This document shows positions 17,240 through 26,397 of a DNA stretch of 64,000 nucleotides, one piece after another; position 1 is the first letter of the stretch, and the number at the start of each line of letters is the position of its first letter. The DNA is taken from positions 1,315-65,314 of the forward strand of contig VMFW01000003.1 of the NCBI GenBank assembly GCA_007376265.1. Reading direction: 5' to 3'. The notes under the pieces are model-generated. The model searched no databases, had not been told where the DNA came from, and saw only the letters and a program-made list of their open reading frames with translations. The position numbers and the translations under genes were made by a program. The DNA comes from Parcubacteria group bacterium Gr01-1014_20. Its GTDB lineage: Bacteria; Patescibacteriota; Minisyncoccia; UBA6257; 2-01-FULL-56-20.

Positions 17240-19812
17240 ATGCCAAATTTTCATCGTTTTACTATTAAAGCCCAGGAAGCGCTTCAGAGCGCACAGGAAT
17301 TAGCGGCCAAAAAAAGTCATGGCGAGCTTAAGGCTTTGCATCTTCTCTCGATGTTGATCGAGGATCATCAGTCGCTAGTTCAGCCGGTTTTGGTGCGTTC
17401 TGGAATTAATATCGAGAAACTTCACGAGCAAATTGAAATTGAACTTTCGCGAGTTCCGAAATTGGTTAGCGGCTCAAACGTTAGCCAGCTTTATCTTTCT
17501 CAAGAGCTCATGACAATTCTTGATCAGGCGGCCAAGATCGCGGCGCAACAAAAAGATGAATTTATATCTTGCGAACATTTACTAATCGCGATTTTGGATA
17601 TTGCTTCCGGAGCGCAGGGGGTTTTGCAACAGTTTGGTTTGAGACGGGATGTGGCTCTTAAGATCTTGAATCAACTTCGAGGATCGGTCCGGATTACGGA
17701 TGAAACCCCCGAAACAAAATTTCAAGTACTCGAGAAGTATGGAATTAATGTGACTGAAAGAGCTAAGGCGGGGGAGTTGGACCCGGTGATTGGACGGGAT
17801 GAGGAGCTCCGGAGACTGATTCAGGTTTTGAGCCGGAGGACTAAGAACAATCCAGTTTTGATTGGAGAGCCGGGGGTGGGTAAAACCGCTATCGTGGAGG
17901 GTTTGGCTCAGAAAATTATCAGCGGGAACGTGCCCGAACCGCTCAAAGGCAAGCAGATTATCATGCTTGATTTGGGCGCATTAATTGCCGGGACAAAATT
18001 TAGGGGCGAGTTTGAAGATCGGCTAAAGGCCTTTATAAAGGAAGTTAAAAACGAAGCCGGGAGGATCATTCTTTTTATCGATGAGATTCATACGATTGTG
18101 GGGGCTGGGGCGGCCGAGGGGGCGATAGATGCGTCAAACTTATTGAAACCGGCGCTCGCTAGGGGGGAATTGCACGCGGTGGGCGCTACCACCATCCGAG
18201 AGTATCAGCGTTACATTGAGAAAGATCCGGCGCTTGAGAGGAGGTTTCAACCGATTATGGTGGATGAGCCATCTATAGAAGACAGCATCGCTATTCTTCG
18301 GGGGCTTAAGGAGAAGTATGAAATTCATCATGGGCTTCGGATTAGTGATGAAGCCATTGTGGAGGCGGTTAATTTGTCAGCGAGGTATATTACCGATCGA
18401 TTTTTGCCGGACAAGGCAGTGGATTTAATCGATGAGGCGTCGGCGGCGAGGAGGCTTGAGAGTGAGAGTTTGCCGAAAGAGATTGACCGAGTGAGGCAGC
18501 AGATCACTAAGTTTGAAGTTGAAAGGCAGGCCTTGCTTAAGGAGGGAGAGAAGGGGGGCGTAAGACTTAAGGAGATAGAGAGAGAGCTTCGAAAGTTAAA
18601 GCTTGAAAATGACGAGCTTTCGGCTAAGTGGCAGGCGGAAAAAATTGTCTTTGAAACCCTCCACGCCATTAGACAGAAAATTGACAATCTTAAGCGAGAG
18701 GCGGAAGTGTCAGAGCGAGATGGGAATCTGGAGCGCGTGGCGCAAATTATTTATGGCGAACTACCTCAGGCTCAGAAGGAGTTTGATGACTTTGAAAAGA
18801 AGCAGATTGGCAAAAAAGGAAAAAAAGCTAAGCAAGGGACTCGAAAGGTTGGAACGGAGGAAAGATTCCTAAAGGAGACGGTAGATAAAGAAGACATTGC
18901 GGCGGTAGTTTCGAGCTGGACCGGCATTCCTTTAAGGCGGTTTCGAACGCTCTGCGGAGATCGAGAGCAGGGCTTTCGGATGAAAGTCGCCCACTTGGCT
19001 CGTTTATGTTTTTGGGACCGACAGGAGTGGGAAAGACGGAGCTTGCCCGGGCGCTCGCGGAGTTTATGTTTAATGATGAAAAAGCCATGTTGCGTTTTGA
19101 CATGTCGGAATATATGGAACGCCACGCCACAGCGAGGCTAATCGGTTCGCCACCGGGTTATGTGGGCTATGAGGAGGGGGGGCAGTTAACCGAGGCGCTT
19201 CGCCACCGGCCGTACAGTATTATCCTTTTCGACGAAATAGAAAAGGCGCATCCGGAGGTTTTTAACTTGCTCCTGCAGATTTTGGATGACGGGAGGCTCA
19301 CTGACAGCAAGGGGAAACAGGTCAATTTCCGGAATTCTATCATCGTGATGACCTCGAATGCCGGAAGTCAGTACTTTAAGGAAATCTCGAACCTTGGGTT
19401 TGGATCGGATGATAAGGAAGCGAAGGAGGTGAGGGCTCACGACGATTATAGGGAGAGGGTGATGGAGTCTTTGCGGGAAAGTTTTCGGCCGGAGTTTTTG
19501 AACCGGGTGGATGAGATTATTGTTTTTAAACCTCTCAAGCTAACGGACATCGAGAGAATTGTTGACATTCAACTTCAAGCAATCGAGAAGAGATTATCAG
19601 CACATAAAATCCAGATTGCCATTGACGCCTCGGCTCGAGGGCACCTGGCGAAGGAGGGTTTTAGTCCAGAGTTTGGAGCGCGGCCGTTGAAACGGTTGAT
19701 TCAGAAGTTGATTTTGGATAGGCTTGCGGACCAGATCATTCGAGGGGAATTAAAGGATGGTGGAAAAGTTAAAGTTAATTTTAAGGCAAACTCATTGGTC
19801 TTTAGTCGTTAA
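17240..19812 (+). pseudogene. clpB: clpB chaperone disrupted by an ~80-nt internal deletion/frameshift (fragments 17240-19141 and 19006-19812)
   Basis: Frame A reads canonical ClpB through ...VSSWTGIPLRR (to ~18940). Frame B reads canonical NBD2 from AVSNALRRSRAGLSDESRPLGSFMFLGPTGVGKTELA (from ~18937). The ~28 residues that normally separate these motifs (MMESEREKLL...GQ.EAV) are missing, and the two halves are out of frame. Confidence 0.7.
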
Positions 19813-20473
19813 GACCCTGGTTTTTGGTTTAGCCTGGCTTTTTTTGCCTTACTGGTTGTTTTTTGTTTTAGCCATATATTTTTACTTTGTGCCGCTTTTT
19901 AAACCCCTACCTCTCTTATTTCCATTTTTCCTAACCCTCATCTTAGGTTATGCTATTCCGCAGAATTTTTTTATGGCGGTATTTCTGGCCTCGATTTTCT
20001 ATTTGACCTTAGGGATTAAAGACCTGATTTTTGTCGAAAGGAAAGATGCTTACGAGACTCTAGTGTTGCTTTTGGTCTTCATCATGCTTTTTAAGTTTGT
20101 TAACGGTTTTTTGGGATGGGCTGACTGGTATTTACCAGTTTTTTTACTACTAGTTTCTATGGCTTTGTATTGGCTCTTTTCTGGTTTTTACAAATACAGC
20201 CGCCCAGAAAACGCCCGAGTTGACGGGGTAAGGGATTTTTTAAGTTTGGGTCTCTTCGCTTTTTTTGAGTTTCAGGTGGTGCTCGTAACTTTACTTTTAC
20301 CGATTAGTTATTTTTATAAGATTTCCCTGGTTTTCCTGACAGCGATGCTTATGTCGAGGTTGGTTTTAATTAATCTTTCCGGAGAGGTGAAGGGGAGGCA
20401 ATGGCTTTTGTATTTCTCGATTCTTTTTGTGTTTCTTGTGTTTATTTTCACGAGTAGCCAATGGGATCTTTAG
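19757..20473 (+). CDS. hypothetical polytopic membrane protein
   Basis: 238 aa, 6-7 hydrophobic segments, overlapping the clpB 3' end. Confidence 0.5.
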   Translation: MVEKLKLILRQTHWSLVVKTLVFGLAWLFLPYWLFFVLAIYFYFVPLFKPLPLLFPFFLTLILGYAIPQNFFMAVFLASIFYLTLGIKDLIFVERKDAYETLVLLLVFIMLFKFVNGFLGWADWYLPVFLLLVSMALYWLFSGFYKYSRPENARVDGVRDFLSLGLFAFFEFQVVLVTLLLPISYFYKISLVFLTAMLMSRLVLINLSGEVKGRQWLLYFSILFVFLVFIFTSSQWDL

Positions 20474-20533
20474 TGATAGAAAACAGAAAGTAGAAAATAG
20501 AGGACAAGACAAGGGGGAGGGGGTGTGAAACAT

Positions 20534-20625
20534 TCCGCCGGAGGCGGATCCGCCTTCCACCAGAGGTGGACTGCCCTTCGGCCAGTGGGCGGAGAATCAT
20601 GGAGCATGGATCATGGATCATGGGT
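20534..20625. repeat. GGATCC palindromic element, copy 2 (tccgccggaggcggatccgccttcc) plus ccaccagaggtgg palindrome plus atcatgg tandem repeat
   Basis: Seen directly, downstream of the membrane protein stop. Confidence 0.8.
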
Positions 20626-20690
20626 TGGGGAATAATGTGGGGATGGAAAGTCCTTGGGTTTTGCGATAAAATTTTCTGTAATCCTATTCT

Positions 20691-21488
20691 ATGAGAGTTA
20701 GAAAGCTTATTTTGCCGGTCGCCGGGGCGGGGAAGCGGTTACGTCCTCTTACCTTACGAAAGCCGAAGGCACTTGTGCCGCTCAACGGTGGACCGCTTTT
20801 AGAGTACGTCCTTTACGAGGCTCAAGCCAGTGGGATTCGAGATGTGGTTTTAGTGATTAGTCCCCAGCATTTAGGCCAGTTTAGAAAATACATCAAAGAG
20901 CACAGGGGCAAGTTTCCGGATACGAGGTTCCATATTCGGTTTCAGGATCGACCGGTGGGAAATGGTCACGCGGTGGTTCAGGCGGCAGACGTTATCGGAA
21001 ATGAGCCTTTTGCAGTTCGATTTTGTGATGATTTGATAGTGAGCGATCCGCCGGTCTTGGTCTCGCTTATTAATATTTACGATAGATATAAATCCTCGGT
21101 TTTACTCCTCGAGCGGGTACCAAAGCAGAGGGTTTCTAGGTACGGAGTAGTTGGGGTTCGGAAGGTGGCAAAAACTTACGCAAGTTTGCCCAAAGGCAAT
21201 ATTTTTAGAGTTTTTGACATCATTGAAAAACCCAAGTTGAGCGTTGCTCCGTCTAACCTCACGATTGTGGGTGGGTACGTGTTGGGACCGACGATCATGA
21301 GAAATTTGATTAAAATTGTGAATTCATTGCCGGTCGCCGGGACAGATGCTTTGCCGATTGCACTCGCGCTCCAGGTAGAGCTGATCGTGAAAGGCAAGGT
21401 TTACGGCTGGGAGTTTACCGGACGACGACTTGATTGCGGCACATTAGATAGTCTAAAAGAGGCAGAGAAATTTCTTCAGAACAGGTAG
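20691..21488 (+). CDS. sugar-phosphate nucleotidyltransferase (UTP--glucose-1-phosphate uridylyltransferase GalU-like)
   Basis: KLILPVAGAGKRLRPLTLRKPKALVPLNGGPLLEYVL is the N-terminal nucleotide-binding signature of GalU/RmlA-type enzymes. Confidence 0.65.
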   Translation: MRVRKLILPVAGAGKRLRPLTLRKPKALVPLNGGPLLEYVLYEAQASGIRDVVLVISPQHLGQFRKYIKEHRGKFPDTRFHIRFQDRPVGNGHAVVQAADVIGNEPFAVRFCDDLIVSDPPVLVSLINIYDRYKSSVLLLERVPKQRVSRYGVVGVRKVAKTYASLPKGNIFRVFDIIEKPKLSVAPSNLTIVGGYVLGPTIMRNLIKIVNSLPVAGTDALPIALALQVELIVKGKVYGWEFTGRRLDCGTLDSLKEAEKFLQNR

Positions 21489-21524
21489 GGCGTAAGCTTT
21501 GCGCCTTTTGGTTTTGACTCGAGT

Positions 21525-22310
21525 TTGCAAAATTGCCGAATTGTTTCTATACTGCCACTTGTGGATAATTTAAATCAGGCAGTAAGAATCAAGGCTTTTC
21601 ATATTAGCTATGCTCTAATGAGGCTCTCGCGGAGTATGCCCGGGGCTTTTTCGACTTATTTGGAGAGCTATTCTTTAGAGCTAATGGATACGGTGGTGTC
21701 GGGTGATTTTTCAGAGGCGAAATCGGTTCTAACATCTCTTGATTACACCCTAAGGTTGGCCAATGAGGTTGGGGCTTTGAGTCAAAGGAACTTTGATATT
21801 ATTCAGCGTGAAACCTATGCCCTAACAACTAGTTTTGGTGATTTGGGTAATTCGGCAACGTCGTCTGATGTAGATTTGGATGAGATTTTTAAGTCAGGTG
21901 AAGTCGTCGATTTTTTTGGGGGCGATGTTTCTGACCCAGAGGATATGTCAGCGGTTGATTATCAGGATGCCTTTGTATCTCCGCCAATCGATTTGCAACC
22001 TGAGGCTCATGTAGCTCACGAGGCGCATAAAATTGATTCGGCAATCGCCTCTGAACCCATTGATCAAAGAACAAAAGCTAATCCGGAAATTCGGCAATCG
22101 GCAATTCTTGATCGGATTCGGCAACGAGGTTATTGCCGGTTAAGAGACATAGAGGAGGCTTTTGTAGATACAAGTGAAAGGACATTGCGATATGATCTCC
22201 AACGCTTAATTGAACAAGATCTGGTTGAAAGAATCGGCAGTGGCGGTCCGGCTAGTTTTTATAGAGTTAAACGACCTCTTGGCGAGGTTAATGAAATACG
22301 GGAGGTGTAA
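21525..22310 (+). CDS. hypothetical protein with C-terminal DeoR-like winged-helix DNA-binding domain
   Basis: C-terminus AILDRIRQRGYCRLRDIEEAFVDTSERTLRYDLQRLIEQDLVERIG. The N-terminal helical domain is uncharacterised, and the true start may be internal. Confidence 0.45.
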   Translation: MQNCRIVSILPLVDNLNQAVRIKAFHISYALMRLSRSMPGAFSTYLESYSLELMDTVVSGDFSEAKSVLTSLDYTLRLANEVGALSQRNFDIIQRETYALTTSFGDLGNSATSSDVDLDEIFKSGEVVDFFGGDVSDPEDMSAVDYQDAFVSPPIDLQPEAHVAHEAHKIDSAIASEPIDQRTKANPEIRQSAILDRIRQRGYCRLRDIEEAFVDTSERTLRYDLQRLIEQDLVERIGSGGPASFYRVKRPLGEVNEIREV

Positions 22311-22507
22311 CCATTGGTCTCACCTTTCGTTCTAATGACTGATCCAGCCCGTTTTTGTGGTTTTCCACATAGGCATTCTTCATTGGCTGGGGTAGGATTG
22401 ATAGGTTAGGTTTTAAGGTTCAGGTCGCGCTTTTGCGCGACTCGTCTGCTAGCAGGGGACGAGTGAGGCTGAATTCTAAAAAACTTAGGTTTCAGAGTTT
22501 CAGGTTT

Positions 22508-22541
22508 TTCCTCCGGAGGAGGATCCGCCTCTGGCGGAAGG
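22508..22541. repeat. GGATCC palindromic element, copy 3 (ttcctccggaggaggatccgcctctggcggaagg)
   Basis: Seen directly. Confidence 0.8.
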
Positions 22542-22646
22542 TTGAGGGCGTTTTTGCCCGGTTTTCTTTGGTGGTTCTTAATTTAGTAAGCCAAAGATCA
22601 CTGAAAACTTGGAGCACTAATAAACTTGGGTGTATTAGAAATTTAG

Positions 22647-22673
22647 TCTCGCCAGAACGGCGAGGTTTTTTTA
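22647..22673 (+). terminator. intrinsic terminator-like hairpin ctcgcc-agaac-ggcgag + tttttttatt
   Basis: Seen directly. It lies ~190 nt upstream of the large surface-protein gene. Confidence 0.45.
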
Positions 22674-22867
22674 TTTAGATTTTAAAGGGTCGTGAACCTA
22701 CGCTTGCTCCGCAACTAATCCTCACTTAGATTAGCGGTGGGTCGAAATGCGAGGAGAACGACTTTCCCGAGAAAAACTTAAAAAGGTCGAGATTTAAGTT
22801 TAAATTCAGAAATTTATCTGGTCGATAAATTTAGTTAAAAATACAAGTCGATTAAAAAATTAGTTAA

Positions 22868-25800
22868 ATGAGTAAAATTAGTAAGTTTTCTACAGTAACG
22901 CTAGCGGTAGCCACAGGTGTGTGGCTCTCTGGTGTTGCTATGTTTGTTCCGGTTGCTCAAGCTCAAGGCTTAGATCTTCAAGCGCAGATTAATCTTCTCT
23001 TGGAGCAAGTTAAAGCCCTACAGCTTCAGTTGGCTGCTCAAGGCGGTTCTCCAGCACCGGTTGCCACAACGTTTACCCGAGACCTCACCTTGGGTTCGAC
23101 TGGCGACGATGTTAAGGCCCTCCAACAGTGGCTAAACAGTAGCGGTTTTCCAGTGTCCGCTTCGGGCGCTGGTGCGCCTGGAAGTGAAACGACCTATTTT
23201 GGAGCTAGAACGCAAGCAGCTTTGGCTAAATATCAAGCCGCCAAAGGGATCACCCCATCGGTGGGTTATTTTGGTCCAAAGACTCGAGCGTTTGTAAATT
23301 CCATTGGCGTGGTTACTCCTCCAATTGGCCAACCCCCAGTTATTCCGGGGACGGGATTGGTGATAACTTTGGCTTCGGACAGTCCGAGTGGTGTTTCTCT
23401 CCCGAAAGGAGCGACAGGCGTTTCTTTCTTGAAGTTTAACGTCAGCGGTAGCGGCACTTTGGATTCTCTTACATTCAAGAGGGTCGGAGTGGGTGCAACA
23501 GGCGATTTTGCGTCTGCTGGTGTTTACCTATACGAGGGGGCAACGAGGCTCACGAACGGCAAGTCAGTTAACTCAACAACCCATGAGGTTACTTTTGTTA
23601 ACCTAGCTTTAGCGGTTTCGGGTTCTCGAACCTTTACGTTGGTGGCAGACTTATCGGGTGGAGCGACGACTGGCAATAGAGATGGCTTCACGCTCGTCGG
23701 CTCAACCGGTACGCCAACTCCTTCCGGAGTTGTTACTGGTAGTGAAATGGCGATTGCTGGCCAAGCGGCTGGCGGTCTTACAGTAAACGATCAGAATTCG
23801 CCGGCTAATCCAAAGATTGGCCAGAAAGAAGCCCCGTTAGTCGAAGTCCTTATCACTGCAAGTTCGACAGAAGATATTTGGGTTGACCGAATCTCTTTCA
23901 CCGAGGGTGGGACTATCACTAACACGAATCTCTCGAATTTCGTATTGAAACAGAATGGTGTGACTGTGGCGACTGCCGCATCAATCGGAGCGAAAGATCT
24001 TGTAACCCTTATTTTCAACTCGCCTTTCAAGATTGAGAAGGGTCAAAACAGAGCCTTTGTTCTTCACGGTGATATTGCTGGTTCAACCAGGGCAGACGAT
24101 ACCATCATCTTTTACCTGGACAGCAAAGCTGATGTGTTGGCAAGGGGTGCTACCTACGGGTACCCAGTGTTGCCGGACATTACCGGTATAGACACGACTG
24201 GTGAAAGTACCTCGCTCACAGTTCAGGGAGGTGACATTACCGTTTCGTTCAACGGTCCGATCGTTGGCAATATTCCGCTCCGTGGTCAAGATCAAACTAT
24301 TTTTGACTTCACCATAGCGTCAGCCAACAACATCGAAATCAAGAACTTGAGACTTAATGCTTCGACTACCAACTTGGTATCGGGCATGGGTTTCAACGAC
24401 TTCAAGCTTTGGGATACCACTAACAACAGCGTGATCTCAAGCGCAACCGATATCACTACTTCTACGAATGTTACCGTGACCGATGTTATTAATTTCTCGG
24501 CTGGTCAGTCGAAGAGGTTTAAGGTGACGGTAGATGTTGATGCCGACAATGGCACAACCAGCACCATTCAGGCGGCCATTTTAGCTTGGCAGTCGGGTGA
24601 CATCCGCAACTTGGATAACAATACGAACGCAGCGACGAGCACGATTGTCCCAAGTGGTCAGATTACCGGCAATACCCAGACTACGATTGCCCCTGGCCTT
24701 GAAGTTCAGTTGTCTGGTGCTCCCGCATCTGACTCCTTCGTGAAGGGGGCGACTAACGTGCCTTTTGTTGGTTTCAGTCTTAGGGCGACGAATGATGATA
24801 TAAAGATCACTTCGCTTAAGATTAGCGCTTCAACGACTGGCGCGACTAGTTCGATTACAACCATCACCTCTGATCTTCAGAGCCTGGCGCTTTATGATGG
24901 CGCAACCAAGATCTCTGATTCGAAGAGTTTGACGGGTTCAGCATTGCCGGGAACTGCGACGTTCTCTAACCTAAACTACACCATTAAGAAGGGTGAGACT
25001 AAGACCTTTACGGTCAAAGGAAATATCTCCGCGGCGGCTACCGCTCAAGCGGTTCACTTTGTCTATCTTGCCGCAACCACGGATATTTCCGCGATTGACT
25101 CACAGTCTAACTCTGTAACCATAACTGGTAGCACGGCTAACTCCGGAGCGACCGCAGCGGTTACAACCTTGGCTTCTGGTGATGTGACGGTGGCTATGGC
25201 AACTCAAGATGGCGAATCTAAAGCCAGGCTGGTAATTGCTGGTGCGACCGAAGTTTTGGGTAAATTTAGGTTTACCTCGGCCAATGAGGCTATGACAGTT
25301 AATAAACTTAGCATCTTGGTGACACCGACTGCGGACAGCGCAACGGCTACGTCCACGGCTGTGAGCGACGAAGTTTCGGTTGTTAAGCTTTATGATGGAG
25401 CAACCGGGGCGGCGATTGGTAACTCAAGTGGTTACTCAATCATTGGTTCAGGCGCTTCCTCTGGTATCGCTTTGGTTGATAACCTAGGATGGGCTCTCGG
25501 TAAAAACGAAGAGAGGATCCTGGTGGTCAAAGGAGTAGTTTCCGGAATTGACATTAACTCCGATAACGGGGCTGATTCCGGCGCTTCGCTTTACACGGCT
25601 GTTATGGCCAGCGGTTTTGAGGCAGTTGGTTCAACCGCGCTTGATACAACGATCACGGCGGCCACCAGCACTCAAAAGATCGTTGTTCGTGGCAGACCAA
25701 CAGTGACTTGGGAGGCACCTCCTTCGACTTTGATGTCGACCAATCCGGTGGTAGCTCGATTCCGAGTAGCGGCCGGAGCGACTCCGGTGGCGTTTAAGAC

Positions 25801-26296
25801 TTTCAGCTTGAAGGTTGAGCCGACTGGCGCTACGATGACAGCAGTAACGACTTCTAACGTGACGGTTTACAACAACACGAAAGATGCGTCGGCTGCTCTT
25901 ACCCTCGCAACAGTTGTGAGCGGTAGTGGCACGGCTTCAACTGGTACAGCGGCTATACTCGGAGGCGCTACTGGTTACGTGACTGTAACTTTGGGCGCGG
26001 CCGAAGAAATCGGCATTAACAGCTCGAACGTCTTTGACGTGAGACTCACGTTTAACACTCTTTCGGCTTCTCCGAACGCAAAGGTAGCTGTTTCGCTTAG
26101 CGTTCCTGAAACGACAGCAGCTGGCAATAATGCCTCGATCACGACTGTTTTGGGCGCGACTACAGCTCCAGATGGCAATCCAGCCTTTGCCTGGTCTGAC
26201 TTCGCTGACATTAGTCATAGCGAATCGACCACGGACTGGCATAGTGGATTCCTCACTGAACTCCCAGTCTCTTCCGTGTGGCAGCTTACGAACTAG
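22868..26296 (+). CDS. large secreted/cell-surface protein: signal peptide, peptidoglycan-binding-like domain, then ~1000 aa of Thr/Ser/Gly/Ala-rich beta-repeat modules
   Basis: Signal peptide MSKISKFSTVTLAVATGVWLSGVAMFVPVAQAQG; PG_binding_1-like stretch (LGSTGDDVKALQQWLNSSGF ... RTQAALAKYQAAKGI); recurring modules (VYLYEGATRLTNGKS, LALYDGATKISDSKS, VKLYDGATGAAIGNS). Confidence 0.8.
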   Translation: MSKISKFSTVTLAVATGVWLSGVAMFVPVAQAQGLDLQAQINLLLEQVKALQLQLAAQGGSPAPVATTFTRDLTLGSTGDDVKALQQWLNSSGFPVSASGAGAPGSETTYFGARTQAALAKYQAAKGITPSVGYFGPKTRAFVNSIGVVTPPIGQPPVIPGTGLVITLASDSPSGVSLPKGATGVSFLKFNVSGSGTLDSLTFKRVGVGATGDFASAGVYLYEGATRLTNGKSVNSTTHEVTFVNLALAVSGSRTFTLVADLSGGATTGNRDGFTLVGSTGTPTPSGVVTGSEMAIAGQAAGGLTVNDQNSPANPKIGQKEAPLVEVLITASSTEDIWVDRISFTEGGTITNTNLSNFVLKQNGVTVATAASIGAKDLVTLIFNSPFKIEKGQNRAFVLHGDIAGSTRADDTIIFYLDSKADVLARGATYGYPVLPDITGIDTTGESTSLTVQGGDITVSFNGPIVGNIPLRGQDQTIFDFTIASANNIEIKNLRLNASTTNLVSGMGFNDFKLWDTTNNSVISSATDITTSTNVTVTDVINFSAGQSKRFKVTVDVDADNGTTSTIQAAILAWQSGDIRNLDNNTNAATSTIVPSGQITGNTQTTIAPGLEVQLSGAPASDSFVKGATNVPFVGFSLRATNDDIKITSLKISASTTGATSSITTITSDLQSLALYDGATKISDSKSLTGSALPGTATFSNLNYTIKKGETKTFTVKGNISAAATAQAVHFVYLAATTDISAIDSQSNSVTITGSTANSGATAAVTTLASGDVTVAMATQDGESKARLVIAGATEVLGKFRFTSANEAMTVNKLSILVTPTADSATATSTAVSDEVSVVKLYDGATGAAIGNSSGYSIIGSGASSGIALVDNLGWALGKNEERILVVKGVVSGIDINSDNGADSGASLYTAVMASGFEAVGSTALDTTITAATSTQKIVVRGRPTVTWEAPPSTLMSTNPVVARFRVAAGATPVAFKTFSLKVEPTGATMTAVTTSNVTVYNNTKDASAALTLATVVSGSGTASTGTAAILGGATGYVTVTLGAAEEIGINSSNVFDVRLTFNTLSASPNAKVAVSLSVPETTAAGNNASITTVLGATTAPDGNPAFAWSDFADISHSESTTDWHSGFLTELPVSSVWQLTN

Positions 26297-26325
26297 AGTT
26301 TTTCCTTGTGAAACTCAAGACAAAA

Positions 26326-26350
26326 AGGGCCCCTTCGGGGGCTCTTTTTG
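26326..26350 (+). terminator. intrinsic terminator (gcccc-ttcg-ggggc + ttttt)
   Basis: aaaagggccccttcgggggctcttttt immediately after the stop of the surface-protein gene. Confidence 0.6.
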
Positions 26351-26397
26351 GTTGAGCTTGCGTTAGATTAACTAGGATAGATTCGCTATAATCAAAA

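Noticed and set aside
22433-22678. 81-aa ORF in the intergenic region upstream of the surface-protein gene
   Set aside because: Arg-rich low-complexity translation spanning a repeat element and a terminator hairpin, with no RBS.
23132-26242. Several 66-101-aa minus-strand ORFs inside the 1142-aa surface-protein gene
   Set aside because: Antisense to a long coherent ORF with a signal peptide and repeat structure, with no independent signals.
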